Below, piece after piece: positions 36,541 through 49,454 of a DNA stretch of 64,000 nucleotides. Position numbers and translations under genes: made by a program. How positions within the stretch are numbered: the first letter of the stretch is position 1; each line of letters opens with the position of its first letter. The notes below the pieces were generated by a model that did not search any database, was not told where the DNA came from, and saw only the letters and a list, made by a program, of their open reading frames with translations. This DNA is from Lama guanicoe (taxonomy: Eukaryota), in the NCBI GenBank assembly GCA_013239625.1, contig MU053934.1:1977031-2041030 (forward strand). Reading direction: 5' to 3'.

Positions 36541-37054
36541 ACCATTCCCCATGGTTTTCAAACTGTGATCCAGTCAGCAGAGGGGCCTCAAGAGGCAAAG
36601 GAAGCCCAGAGGGTGGGGCAACAGGCCTTCCGCGTCTTTTCTACTAGGACCACCCCGCTTACATTTTTATATATTGTGTTCATACAATTTGTTTGAAAAA
36701 GAGAATTTTCTGCTAAAAAAACTTAAGTCTGAAGATCAGCGTTCCTCCTCAAAACCAAAGCTAAATTCTGAGTCACTTACTATTACCACCTTTGGCACAT
36801 CTCTTACAAAACTGGAAATCTTAATTTCCTCATCTGCCAATGGTGGTTAAAACCCTGTCCCCTCTGCATGCAAACCTCACTGGGGTCTTACCAAGAGCAA
36901 ATGAGAATGGACATGAAATATGCCTAAACTAGAGAGGACTACAGAAATGTAATACAGAATTATCGTCCCCTCAGTAAAGGGAAGGGAAGGGAGCACGCAG
37001 AGACATTAACATTTGCCGTGGACCAAAGAAAAATCCAACATGCAAGTAAAATGT

Positions 37055-37177
37055 AAAAAAAAAAAAAAAAAAAAAAAAAACAAAAAAAAAAAAAAAAAAA
37101 AAAATGTGAACAAAAAAAAAAACAAAAACTTTAAAACCAAAAAGAAAAAAAAAAAGAAAAAAAAAAAAAAAAAAAAA
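37055..37177. repeat. A-rich low-complexity tract, probably a sequencing artefact
   Basis: About 120 nt of nearly pure A whose few non-A bases line up with the sequence 101 bp downstream. Confidence 0.85.
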
Positions 37178-37964
37178 TCAACTAAAACTAAATGAGTAAA
37201 AGACATGTGCACAGCAAAAATATCATAAACTTTGAAATCTAACACATTTAAAACCCAGCTTCCCTAATTAATAGCTACATAGCATTGGGCAGTGACTTCA
37301 ATGTTTTTGAGGCTGAGTTTCCTCACCTGCAAACAGGATGAAGTAAAATAATACTTGCTAAATGTTTTATACAGGGCAGCCTGTCAAGTGTTTAAAACAC
37401 GTTAGCTCTGTTTTCATGGCAAATCCCTCACTTGTTACTAAGAAACTGAGACACACCTGTTAGAATTAACGTACAGGTTCCCTGTAACATAACAAAATAA
37501 CAGAATTAAGGAGCTAGAAGCATCTTTAGCTTCGATGATTCTATGAGCCACATGACAGCAGAAAGCTTGTGAAAGCATAGGCTGAAGGCACTCTAAAGGA
37601 ACAATGAAAGATACTAATAACAGGAGATGCACAGGCAGTCCCTGTTGAAATGTTCTAATTCAATAAGGGTGTTTATTGAGTGTTTTAAGAGCCTTCTATG
37701 GCTCCATAAAATGACAGATTTACATTTAATATCCACTTGACCAAACCCATTAAACTTGTAAGAGGCACTCTCTTGCTGAAGATCAGATACCTAGCTTCTT
37801 AAGTATTAATTTTTCATATTGCTTGGCAAGGTAAAGGCAATAAAATCCAGCATAAAGTCAGAACAAAGTTTTTTTTCCTTGTCCATAGGAAAAAATCCCG
37901 ACAGATTTGTCTCTCTATTTCAAGAAGGCTGAAGATGAGTTTACTTTTCAATTTACCACTTTAC

Positions 37965-38225
37965 CAAATTCTTACTGGGTACTAACTCTGCACAAAATAC
38001 TCAAGAATATCAAGAAGCAGGATGGGTCCTTGTTCTCACAGGACTGTATGGGTTATCAAACCTGTTCACCATAACATAAGAAGCAGTGGTAAAAGCACTG
38101 TTACAAAATTTAGTGGAAATTAACTAAGAGTCTGCACCCAGATAAGTGCATAAGGCCAGACTTTCTGGAGAAGGTAATGTCTGAAGCAGGACTTAAAGGA
38201 TGCACTGCATTTAAACAGGGAAAAT
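37965..38225 (-). mobile_element. LINE2 fragment
   Basis: GGTCCTTGTTCTCACAGGA..CTTTCTGGAGAAGGTAATGTCTGAAGCAGGACTTAAAGGATG. Confidence 0.55.
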
Positions 38226-39569
38226 ACCACATTAAAAAACTTAGAATTAAAACCCATATTTGATTTCAAAGCTACATTAACCCACCCCATACTGTGGCTA
38301 AAACACAGACTGCCTTACACAATAAAAAAAGGAAAAAGACTAGGGCCAGATCATGGAAGCCTTAAATAACCACTAAAGTGTTTTCAGCAGACAGAAGGTA
38401 AACAGAGTACTGAGACTCAGTGAGATCAGAGTTGTGCCTTTGTTTAAACACATGATTATATAGAACTTGCTGAAATTATGTTCTGGTGGCACTAAATTTT
38501 CTAACACAAGAACTTAAGTCATCTGTTATGTTACCCTGCCTCTCTAAGTCAATCCTAAATCAGTTCAGGGTAATGGTATACAGATAATGCCACTAAGAAA
38601 ATAAAAATATTTAATCTATAACTGAAACATATAACTATACTGTCCACCAACTACAAGGCTTTTTTGCTTTATCTTATACTTAACTAGTTGGCTTCATTCT
38701 AAATCATTTGCTACGGTTGTCTGTTGAAGAACAGAGCGCTGAGGAAATTTATCGAGCTTCGTAAAAGGAACTCACAAAACGGTAGCTAAGGCTGGTTGTA
38801 GGAAGACTGCCTGTTGCTTGGTGGTATGAACCACTACAGCAAGAATATGCTTGCTAACTACTTGGCCACCCTAAACAATTCTATACAGGCAAATTTCCTA
38901 ATTTTGAAAATTGCTAATAAAGGAAATTCTATTTGTCCTTTTGTAAACAGTCCCAGTGATTAACAATCTTTAGTCATATAATTCTTTTTGATGGCCACAT
39001 TAAATCTCTTGTTACAATACAAATCAATTTCCTGTATACAAAGTATTAGGTCAATCTACTAGAAAGTCAAGCAGTGAAGTTATGATCCATCCATTAACAA
39101 AATACTTAGTAAGCAACTGGGGCAAGAGTGGACTACAAACTGTTCCAGCAGGCTAAAATCATAGCAACTCCAAACTAAGCAAAAAGAGGCAAAGCTGGGG
39201 GAAGAAGTCAAACCCTGATGTAAAAGACAGGATATACCAAGAAACCAGGTACAGAAGAGGGATGAGGAGGAAAGACAGCCACACTTCCCATTTTTCTGGC
39301 TCAAGTCACTTGTCTATCCACAGATCCACAGTAACCCCATAGATTCAGAGGTGAGAAGTTAACTGATAAAAGCTTTGTTTCCACAATGAAGCATGACACT
39401 CTCAAGAACCACAAAATCAAACCCATTACAGCCAAAATAGCCCTTAAAGGAAAAAGAAGAAAGTTGGGCCCAGAGATGAGAGAAGCCTTTCTAGATTACA
39501 TGGAAAGCTAAAGGTAGAGGTTAGTAAACATCACAACATCAACCAATAAGTCATTCTTGACCTAGGAAA

Positions 39570-39680
39570 TTTTAAAGCATTCAATCCTTAGCAGTAGGCA
39601 CTATTATCCTCACTTTCACAGATGAGAAAACTGAGCCTTAGAGAAGTTAAATAATTTGCTGACAATCTTCACAATATTTC
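39570..39680 (-). mobile_element. MIR SINE
   Basis: TATTATCCTCACTTTCACAGATGAGAAAACTGAG..AGAAGTTAAATAATTTGC. Confidence 0.75.
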
Positions 39681-40304
39681 CCAAACTCCCTTGATCTGAA
39701 CCTTATGGAAGTGTTCATGTAGATCTGTTAAATGAGTTCAAATGATTAGAAGCAATTAGGAAAGATTTCATAAAGTAGGTTAAGCTGTGACTGGAGATTG
39801 TAAAGGATACTTAGGACTCTGCTGGGAAAAGGAGGAACATTTCAAGCAAAAAGGCAGTAGGAAGAAATAAATATCCAAGATAGGTATTTGAAGGACTGTT
39901 AGGACACGTAGCAGAAGAAATATGTGGGTAGGGTAACAATGAGCAAGATGGTTTTAGAGAGCCTTGAGTGTCTGGCTCAGTTTGGATCAGATTCTGTTCA
40001 AGTCATAAGTCTCAAAAATGACTCCCTCTTTCTATTTATGCTGCCAAGACCCGTAGTGAGTTAGGTAAATAAACTTACACAGATTTCATTTCCTTCACAC
40101 AACCATATTTTTCTTGGAAAATATGGCAAAGCTATGTTCCTGTGCTAGAAATTTCAAATCTATACATATAATTCATTTCACATGGTGGATAACTAAGAAT
40201 CAAAAAGAAAATGAGAAAACAGACTTAAATCAGACTGTGAGAACCAATCATTTCCTTATAAAGCTTCCCTAAGGCCTCTTTTCCATAAAATAAATGAGAA
40301 AAAT

Positions 40305-40465
40305 GAGTTACTGACCCTATTACATGCCAGGAAATTGGCATATGTTATCTCTAATCCTACAACAACCTTTCAGAGTAGATATTATTACTATTTTATAGAA
40401 ATTGAGGCTCAGAGAAGGAAAAAACTTGCCCCAAATCATACAGCCTGGAAAGGCAGAGCTTTAAA
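40305..40465 (-). mobile_element. MIR SINE
   Basis: CATGCCAGG..TAATCCTACAACAACC..GAAATTGAGGCTCAGAGAAGG. Confidence 0.75.
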
Positions 40466-40919
40466 AACCGAAAGCTGGGATGTGGTTTGTGTATATGTGT
40501 GTATCTGACTGTGTGTGTGTGTGGCTACAGAGGAATTTCCATGAAACAGCCTTACAGAGAAGCTACAGTGTCTTAGTTTCAAAAAATAATGAACCTGGCT
40601 GATCCCTTACCATATCACACCTCTCAGACATGCAGAAAGCAGCATGATTTCTCTTCACTAGACAAAGGGCTTTCTTGCCCAAACATGCCTACCACTAAGG
40701 ATCTGGAGAAGGCTGTGTCAGCCAAACACAAAGCCACTATAAACCTGCCAATCTTCCTTGGAGCAATCATCAGGCTTGAAAAGAGATAATCAAATGCCTG
40801 TTTTCATAGTCTCTTCATATGATAGTTATGCAGAGTTTATCCAAACTTAGCAAACAAGGATGAAAACACAGTTTTGTTTTCTTTTATTGCGGGAAAGATT
40901 GGTCTTGAGAAATCACATA

Positions 40920-42290
40920 ACTGAGGAAAAATATTTACAAACCTTAAACGTGACAAAGAACTTGTACCCATAATATATAAAGAACTCTTACAATTCAGTA
41001 AGAGGACAAAGCAAATATTTGTATAGCCAAAACAACCAAAATAAAACCAAATAAAAAATGGGCAAAAGACTTGAACAGACATCTCAGCAAAGAAGACATA
41101 TGAATAGTTAACAAGCACAAGAAAAGGTATTCCACATTGTTAATCATTGGGGAAATGCAAATTAAAATCACAATGAAATACCAATATATACTCAGTATAA
41201 TTAAAAAGGTGGATAAAACCAAGCCACTTTGGAAAATAGTCTGGCAGTTTCTTAAAAAGTTAAGTATAAATCTACCATAAAATCCAGCAATTCTACTCTT
41301 TGAAATCTACCCAAGACAAATGAAGAAATATGTCCATACAAAGACTTGTATGTGAATGTTTATAACAGCATTACTTGTAATAGCCAAACTGGAAATAATC
41401 AAATATCTATCAACTGGTAAATGGATTAACAAAATGTGATACATCCACACAATAGAATACTATTCAACAATAAAAAGTAAAGGTATGGTGATTCATACCA
41501 CAATATGGATGAATCTCAAAAACATTATGATAAATGAAAGAAGTCATACACAAAATACTACACACATACTATATGATTCCATTCATATGAAATGTCCAGA
41601 AAAGACAATTTTATAGAGTCAGAAAGCAGATCAGCAGTTGTCTAGAGCTGGGGTGGGAGTGACGACTGACTGTAATAGAATTCAAGAGGATTTAGGGGGA
41701 TGATGAAAATGTTCTAAAACTAGACTGTGGTAATGGTGACACAACTCAATAAATTTAATAAAATTATTGAATAGTACACTTATGCTGAGTGAATTTTATG
41801 GTATTGATATTATATCTCAATAGTACTTTTTAAAAAGTACTTACTGAATATATATGTATAATATAATGTATAATATATATATTTAATGACTCCAGGGGAA
41901 ACAAAAAAGTATATAAGAACAGGAACGTAATCATATTTTATGGTTCAGCTATACTCAGTCATAACAATGTATATATTATATTAACATAAATCAATAATAA
42001 AAAACACTAATTTAACCAGAAAAAGGCTTTATTAGAAGAAACTGTTCATAAAATTAATATCTCGTATGACTGAAACATTATGCTGTACACCAGAAACTGA
42101 CACAACACCGTAAACTGACTATACTTCAATTAAAAAGAATGCAGAAAAGTTAGAAAAAAAATTGTTAACTTCTCATTTCCAACAGTAGGAAGCCAAAGGA
42201 TAAAGTCTAATATTGATAAATCAAGAAATATCAGAATAAGCATGTTACTTAGGTGCATGGCAGTAAGCAGCAAAAGAAAGAACGTTGTCT
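40920..42290 (+). mobile_element. L1M (MB/MC-like) ORF2 C-terminus and 3'UTR
   Basis: AAAAATGGGCAAAAGACTTGAACAGAC, GEMQIKITMKY, TATATGATTCCATTCATATGAAATGTCCAGAA. Confidence 0.85.
42063..42138 (+). mobile_element. Young L1 tail nested in old L1
   Basis: GTATGACTGAAACATTATGCTGTACACCAGAAACTGACACAAC..CTATACTTCAATTAAAAA, same family as 962-1143. Confidence 0.75.
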
Positions 42291-42426
42291 TTCCTAGAAG
42301 GAAAAAGCTTACGAACTATCTGCAGAATGGAATAGTCTAAAATGCAGTAGTAAGTCTGAAGCTGATTCATAGTTTGAGAAAAGTGCTATGAGAAGCCTAG
42401 ATGCTGCAACCTTTACCAGACCTTCA

Positions 42427-42442
42427 TCCACTAGAGGGTGTA
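42427..42442 (+). promoter_or_regulatory. Candidate CTCF motif
   Basis: TCCACTAGAGGGTG. Confidence 0.35.
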
Positions 42443-42954
42443 AGGCAACACCACAGAAGGACCCAAACCACCAATGGGTGACCTGGTGTCAGATATTAAA
42501 GAGAAGCAACCATCTGAATAAATCTTGCATGAAGGCTGAAAGTGGGGTTCTAGATAACTTAGTAGGAAGAAGAAAGCAATTGCATACTTTTTGTAATTTA
42601 AAAGTAAAGCATAAGTATTTTCAGTTGAAAAAGGGCCAGTAAAAAAATTATCAGTTTTGAGAAATAAAGAGATATGAAACATTTTATTTCTGAACGTGTC
42701 ATTTTAATCCAGTCTCCAACAGGCAGAGGGCGGTGGGATAAAATTTCTCATTAAGTACCAGCTGGAACTGACGTTAAACACAGCAAATGATAAGGTTGCT
42801 GCCTAGACAGTTTTAAGGTTGCACTTTTTTTTTTCTGGCCCTCTGAAAATGCATTCTTTACAGCAGCCACAATGTTGTTTTAAAAAATGTAAAACGGATC
42901 ATGTCACTTCCCTGCTTAAAACCTTTAAAAGCTTCACATTAAACTGGGGATTGC

Positions 42955-43400
42955 TTTCATTTATTCACTCAACAAATACTTATTGATCTCCTACATGTCA
43001 GGCTTTGCTCTAAGCAAAGTCACAGCTTGCACTGAACTTTTATTTTAGTGGGAGAGACAGACATTAAAGTACACACACTAGATAATTTCATATAATAATT
43101 GGAGATTAGATGATAAGACTGAATGGTCAGGTTGTGTATCTGCACAACTTTAGATTGGTGTGGTCAGGGAAGGCTTCTTTGAGGAGCAAACTTTGTCCCT
43201 GTGAGCTGAATGAGAAAGTGACGATCTGGGTCAAGAGCACTGCAGATTTGAAGGTGGACAAGACAGTGATTCCACAGGCGTGAAGCTAAGATCAAGCTTG
43301 ATGAGCTCAAAAATGGAAAAAGATGCCCAACGAGACTGAAGCTAATGGTAAGACAAGGGTAGGAGATGGAATTTCAGAGGTAGGCAGTAGGCTCATGTAA
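42955..43400 (-). mobile_element. LINE2 3' portion
   Basis: TTTATTCACTCAACAAATACTTATTGA..GGTCAGGGAAGGCTTCTTTGAGGAG. Confidence 0.8.
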
Positions 43401-44111
43401 AAATACTCCTATATCCATACAATGGGACATTATTCCACCAAACAAAGAAATACTGACACATGCTCCAACATGGATGAAACTTGACAACATTATGCCAGTC
43501 AGCACTGTGGACTATGATTATGATGCCATCATGTCTTTGCCACCAACCAAATGAGTATGACAGAAAATGCATTTGCTAATGTCCACAGCTCCCAATCAAA
43601 GTAATTAAAAGCCCTGAAAGTTCTTTGCAAAAGAAAAGGACAAAAAGAAAGTCCATTCCAGGGATTAAAAAAAAGATAACTGGTTAGAAAAAGAGACATT
43701 TTTTAAATTCTCAGGAAGGAAAAAAAAAGAAACTTTTATGGAAAAAAAATCTCTTAGGTCATTTAAAATCTATCCTCTAAATTAAAAGTAAGGCTGCAAC
43801 TCCAAATTTAAATCTCTAATTGTCTATGTCACATCTGTCAACTTAAACATCTCCTCTGATTCTCCCATTTTATGGGAATCACTTGAATATGTCCATATAA
43901 TAGCTTTTCAACAGAATTTTAGAAAATTTAAGGAAAAAACTTTTTAAGGACCCACTGACTAGCATTTAAAAAATCAGAGTCTGACACCATGACATTAATT
44001 TTTTCTTTATTTTAAAAATACAAAATTGTAATAGGAAAGCTTATTCCACTTCTCATGGGCATGTTCTTCTCGACACTCCCAGGAAAGCAGTGCTCTCTAA
44101 TTTAACAGCTA

Positions 44112-44225
44112 AAAAAATGAATATATGTATATTCATGTATGACTGAAGCAATGTGCTGTACACCAGAAATTGACATAACATTGTAAACTGATTATACTTT
44201 AATAAAAAATAAATAAATAAATAGC
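44112..44225 (+). mobile_element. Young L1 tail
   Basis: GTATGACTGAAGCAATGTGCTGTACACCAGAAATTGACATAACATTGTAAACTG..AATAAAAAATAAATAAAT. Confidence 0.8.
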
Positions 44226-44479
44226 AAAAAATAATCATAATCATAATTATAGTTCACAGTTCACCAAAAAAATGAGTTGTGGACTATAAGCTACTTTAAC
44301 AAACAAAATAGGAAGAAAACTTGATAGAAGTAGTTATTTAAGGGACCTCCAAGTCATATAAGACTTTACGTGCTGTTACATTCTCCAAAGATTCCATAAT
44401 ATCTTATTTTGCCACACTAGGAAGAGAACATCCCCATTCAAAGAGGAGAGAACACTGACAGATGAACACTAAAGGGAAA

Positions 44480-44700
44480 TACAAGACATGGAGGCTGAAA
44501 ATCCAGGCTTCAAGTCTAGTGCTGCTACTAATTATATGACAATGGGCAATTCATTTAAAAAATTTCTGCTTTGGTTTTCTTATCTACAAAATAGGGATAA
44601 TAAAGACTGACCTTCCTAGCAGAGCTACTGTGAAGATCAAAACTGAATATACATGGAGACACACACTGTAAACTACAAAATTCTTCACAAACATTCGTTT
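44480..44700 (+). mobile_element. MIR-family SINE
   Basis: CAAGTCTAGTGCTGCTACTAA..GGTTTTCTTATCTACAAAATAGGGATAATA. Confidence 0.7.
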
Positions 44701-44892
44701 TTATAATTTACAAATATTCCCAGTTTCATAGCTGACTCTACATCTGAACCCAACCAAGAGTCTGTGCTCTCATCTCAAATGTGAATGGCAATGCTTCATT
44801 CCCACAGGTCAAGTGTTAGGCAAGGTACTGTGCCATAATCCCAAACTTGATCACACCAGTTAAGGGGACATTCATACTTCTTTAATCATAGC

Positions 44893-45008
44893 TAGGATGA
44901 CCATACAACCCATTTCATCAAGGTTTGCCTAAGACTGTGTCAACATTAGCATCCCTTTTCACTCTCAAAAGTACCCCAACTTGAATGATATACTATGTAG
45001 TCACCCCA
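44893..45008. mobile_element. MER94-like hAT-Blackjack MITE
   Basis: TIR-like ends TAGGATGACCATA..TATGTAGTCACCC; internal CCCTTTTCACTCTCAAAAGT. Confidence 0.7.
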
Positions 45009-45584
45009 ATTATAGCAGACATAAAGTTGTGGCACCAAGAGGTGATATACAAGGGCTCCCACTGTACTTTCCAGGAGCCCCCTGAAAGCCATCCCAAATA
45101 AACAAACAATATTAGCAAAAACAGTTTGCTATGCAGAACTAAAGCCCCTTCTAATCAGATTGCTCCTCCCAAGTCCCTCCTGAATAAAACCTCCAGAGCT
45201 AATGCCCACAAATATTCTCTCATTTAGAAAATATTACAAGCCCACAACAGATTCCAGCCTTAATCAACACTTGGGAACTCTATCACAGGCATGTGCACAT
45301 GCACATAAACCACAAAGAAACGGTCAGCTAAGAATCTAAACCACTGCACTATATCATGGACCTAAAATCTTGCATGGCTTTGATAAAACATTCAGCCTTT
45401 CTGAGCTGGTTCTCACTTGTTAATCTGGAACAATGTTCGTCTCCCCCATTTCCACACAGAGTCCACGTTAGCACGCACAGTGAAGTGCCTGGAGTGCTTT
45501 ATAAAAGCAACGGATTACCATCTCATAAAGCCTGTTAACTAATTGGGAGAGGAGGCTGAGGTGACCTTGCATAAAAAAGCAAAA

Positions 45585-45603
45585 CCTCTACTAGGTGGCA
45601 GGT
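45585..45603 (+). promoter_or_regulatory. Candidate CTCF motif
   Basis: CTCTACTAGGTGGCAG, one mismatch from CCACTAGGTGGCAG. Confidence 0.4.
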
Positions 45604-45879
45604 GGTTTTTTTCCCCTCCTTTCCTTCACAGGTTTTTAATTCAAATGTGTTGCCCAGGGGCATATAGAACAAGATGACAAAGGTCACCATAACAGTGAAG
45701 TGCTGGTCCACTCAGTGCTAAGGAACTTAATTGTCGTAATTCTTAAGCAGGGGTCATGGACTCCCAGATCTATAGTTGAGCTTCAGCACGTCTACAAAGT
45801 CCCCAAATGATAAATAAATAGAGTGAGCAGGCATTGCTGCACACCACATTGTTCCTTGGTGACTGAGGAATCCCCAGTA

Positions 45880-46080
45880 CAGAGGAAAGGGCTCTCAACA
45901 AATAGAGGACAAATTTCAGTGCTTATTCAGCTACTAACTTGTACTGTTACCTTGGATAAGTCACTTTCATCTCTGTGGCCAGGCTTCCTTACCTTACCAA
46001 AGGAAATACTTGCCTTATCCACTTCAAAATGTGGTGGTGATGAAATGAGAAAATACTGATGAAAGTATTCTGGAACAGTC
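45880..46080 (+). mobile_element. MIR-family SINE
   Basis: CTACTAACTTGTACTGTTACCTTGGATAAGTCACTTTCATCTCTG. Confidence 0.65.
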
Positions 46081-48012
46081 AAAAGATTGTCATTTTTATC
46101 CTTTTTAAAATCACCATTAGATGCTGATAAAAATCCTGTCTGGGGATGGTTCCTATCTACTTAGAAAGGAACAGCAAATGAATAAGAAAAGCAAATATTC
46201 ATGCAATTAAAATTCACCTTCACCCCACTTTCCAGTTCTTGTATTTGCTGAGCCAAACCTCTCTGGGGAGATGTAAAGATTACAAGTTCAGTTCCTGCCC
46301 AGCTCGAGCTGCTCAGTGACCAGTGTTTCACACTGATAAATGCCTCCCAAATCTCAGAGCACAAAGTTAGAGTTCACAAGGTTAGCCGCATTAATTAGCG
46401 GTACTCATTTGGATTCCGCCTTCATTAAATATAACAAGCAGCTATTCAATATTTGCCTATTTGCACTACTAAGGTCTCTAATTCAAAGATCCAGACAGAA
46501 AAACAAAATAAAGCCCAAGAAAATAAACTAAAATAAACCTGTCACCATCAGAATGTGCCTCAAAGTAAATTAGCAGCTTTAAAACATGGCAAAAGGGTCT
46601 GCCCAGGCCTACAGCAGAGATAGGATGAGTAATAAATGTGCAGGCTACAGAAATGGGTCCCTGCTGCAAAAGGAAGGGGGGAAAAAAGTAGTTTCAAGTT
46701 TTAACAAATTCCCCTTAATTCCTTTTTCTTAGTTCCTTATTGAGCTGTAATCCCCACAGGAAGAACACAGCATTATATACTACCCTTTCAGATTCTTTCA
46801 AACTTAGTCTGTTCCCACACTTAACTTCAATTACTTCCACCTTCCTATATTTAAAGTAAGCCTATATCCAAAATAAGCAACAGTTTATAAATAAATATTT
46901 TCATTAGTATACAAAACTAGATTAAGAGACTGACCGTGATCTCTTATGTTTTAAGGATTCTAGGAGAAGAGTACAGGATGAAACAGAAAATGTCACTCAC
47001 TCCTTTTAAAGCAGCCCATAGGATTGTAGTTCTTGATCTTGGCTGCACAACAAAATCACCTGTAGGAATTTCCAAATATTTGAATGGCTAAGCCCAATCT
47101 TAGACTCACTCAGTCAGAACCTTTGGGGGCCAGAACTCCAGGCAATAGTATTTTTTCTGATATATGCTAGGATACAGAACTACTACCAAAGGGCATAATT
47201 TTACAGCTTACAGAAGTTCTAGGGAAGATCCAAACCAGAAGGAAAAAAAAGAAAGACCCTCTATATTCTCTTTAGGTTTGGGGTAAATGACCATATCTTT
47301 CACCAAAATTTCACAGGGACAATCTTCAATTCTAACAGTAACGATCCCACTGGGGGATGAACACAGAGATGAACAACACTTTCTCTTCGCCTTTTTCTCC
47401 ATATCATACCTGGGAACAGTCTGATGCCAACCCAGCACCAAAAGTGCAAGAATTGAGCAAATATTCTCAAATCTGGAAGGTCTCCAAATAGGTGACTATT
47501 GATTATGAGGCCATCCTAGTTTTTAAAGTCAGCTTCAGGGGTTTTAATGAGATTTAATTAAGTTCTGGAAAGAGGAATGATGTCAACCCTTTGGTTTAGC
47601 ATTCTGATGACATATATCCCTTGGACAAGCCTAATAATGGTGGCTTTTTGGGGACAACCCTATAAGGAATGATGGATAGGCATTCAAAGATACAAATGAT
47701 GGATAGAAATTCAAACATATTTCTAGGAGCTACTCTTAAATCTCCTGAAGAAGTCAATATCCCCAAACAGCAAGGGGTTAAATTTCAGAGGCTAGATGTT
47801 TTAAGCCACACCATTTCTCTGAGGCAGCCTTACCTGTTCTTCTACCCTAACTCTGCATCAGCCTCACCTGCTGCAATTTTCAAATAGCAAAAGGATAGGG
47901 AAGGCATTCTATACACTCACCTAAACCATACTGAGGATGCTGCAGCAGGAAACAGTTTTGCTCTAATTCAATATAGGGCCTGGGCTTTTTCCAGCCAGCC
48001 TCCGTATCAAAC

Positions 48013-48458
48013 AAAGAAAGGCTGCAGAAACTTCCCTCTCTCCAGAAAGCCTTCTCTGATTAAAACCATAAGGCTGAATCCTCCCAGGGAGAAGAATGGA
48101 ATTTTCTTGTTGTAGGTTATTGGAAGGACTCATAAAAAAAAAAAAAAATTCTGTGCAGGCAGGGGCTACGTGGCAGGGAATAAAGAGACAAAACCAGCAT
48201 TGAGAACTGTGAGACACCAAGAAAACCAGGTTAAAAAAAAGAAAGGCAAACTTCCCTCTCTCCAGAAAGCCTTCTCTGATTAAAACCATAAGGCTGAATC
48301 CTCCCAGGGAGAAGAATGGAATTTTCTTGTTGTAGGTTATTGGAAGGACTCATAAAAAAAAAAAAAATTCTGTGCAGGCAGGGGCTACGTGGCAGGGAAT
48401 AAAGAGACAAAACCAGCATTGAGAACTGTGAGACACCAAGAAAACCAGGTTAAAAAAA
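48013..48458. repeat. Near-identical ~220-bp tandem duplication
   Basis: 48028-48239 matches 48248-48458 except for poly-A length (15 vs 14); the second copy also lacks TGCAG after AAAGAAAGGC. Confidence 0.95.
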
Positions 48459-48909
48459 TTATCATATAGCCTGGAGAAGAAAAAACAAAAGCAATTATCA
48501 CTGTCCTTGAGTGGCTTTCCCCTATAATGTCCACAAGTTCAACAACATACATACATGTGTACAAACACACACAGACACACACTATCTGAGTTATAAACAG
48601 CTTATACCAACCTGGCTGTCCCGTGCTGGGAATCCATGATAACCTGGGGTCAGAGGCTCGTTCTAAGAGAAAGAAAAGAAAAGAAAACCATAAGACAAAA
48701 GAAAATGTTAATAATCCTCAAAATTATCCAAGTTGATAAAATATAAATTCCTGCTCCAGTTCCTAAGGTACTCCATTGCTCTGCTCCACTCTAGCTATAT
48801 GCATCTTTCAGCTTAGCATCTACAATGGCAAAAAACAAAACCAAACAAAACCCAGTATTTGCTCAGGAATACTATGTTCCTCCTTGTACATCCACATCTG
48901 TTTCCTTCT

Positions 48910-49082
48910 CAGTGTATCTCAAACAGGGAGCAACTGGGATTTAGGGCAGATCAATTCCTAACTTCACACTGTGGGACTCTAGGATCTCCGGCCCCTAACC
49001 TCTCATAAAAGCCAGTGGCCCTCTTGAACACTAGGACAACCACAAACTTTCACACATTCCAAAAATCCCTACTGAGAATTGT
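48910..49082. mobile_element. hAT-Charlie MITE (MER20/MER117-like)
   Basis: CAGTGTATCTCAAAC..CTGGGATTTAGGGCAGATCAATTC..GACAACCACAAAC..CTGAGAA. Confidence 0.5.
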
Positions 49083-49454
49083 CTCTTGACCTGGAAAAGT
49101 TTTAGCACCTCCCCTCTACCAAGCTGCTTTCCTTCAGTTCTTTTAAGCCTAGATGACAGTCTACCTCTGCACAAGACTTCCTCTACAATCCTTTATCATC
49201 CAGTGGCCTCAAGTGACTCCTAATACGCATATGTGTTAAAATTTACTAGGTTATTTGTGCAACTTACTTTTTCATATTATTTATAACTTAATAAATCTTA
49301 TTTTTGTAAAGGTGCATCATACTGAATGCTTCATCTTCACATTAACCATTAAATCAGATCCTTGAGGGCAAGAATGACAGGTAATAAAAGCTATGCAAAC
49401 CCTAATTTAGTATAAGGTTATACAATATGAGCACTCATTAATGGCTTACCTGAC

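Noticed and set aside
37006..37245. Poly-Lys / poly-Phe ORFs
   Set aside because: Translation of a probably artefactual A-rich tract.
47963..48582. ORFs sharing identical peptide stretches
   Set aside because: A consequence of the ~220-bp duplication, not paralogous genes.
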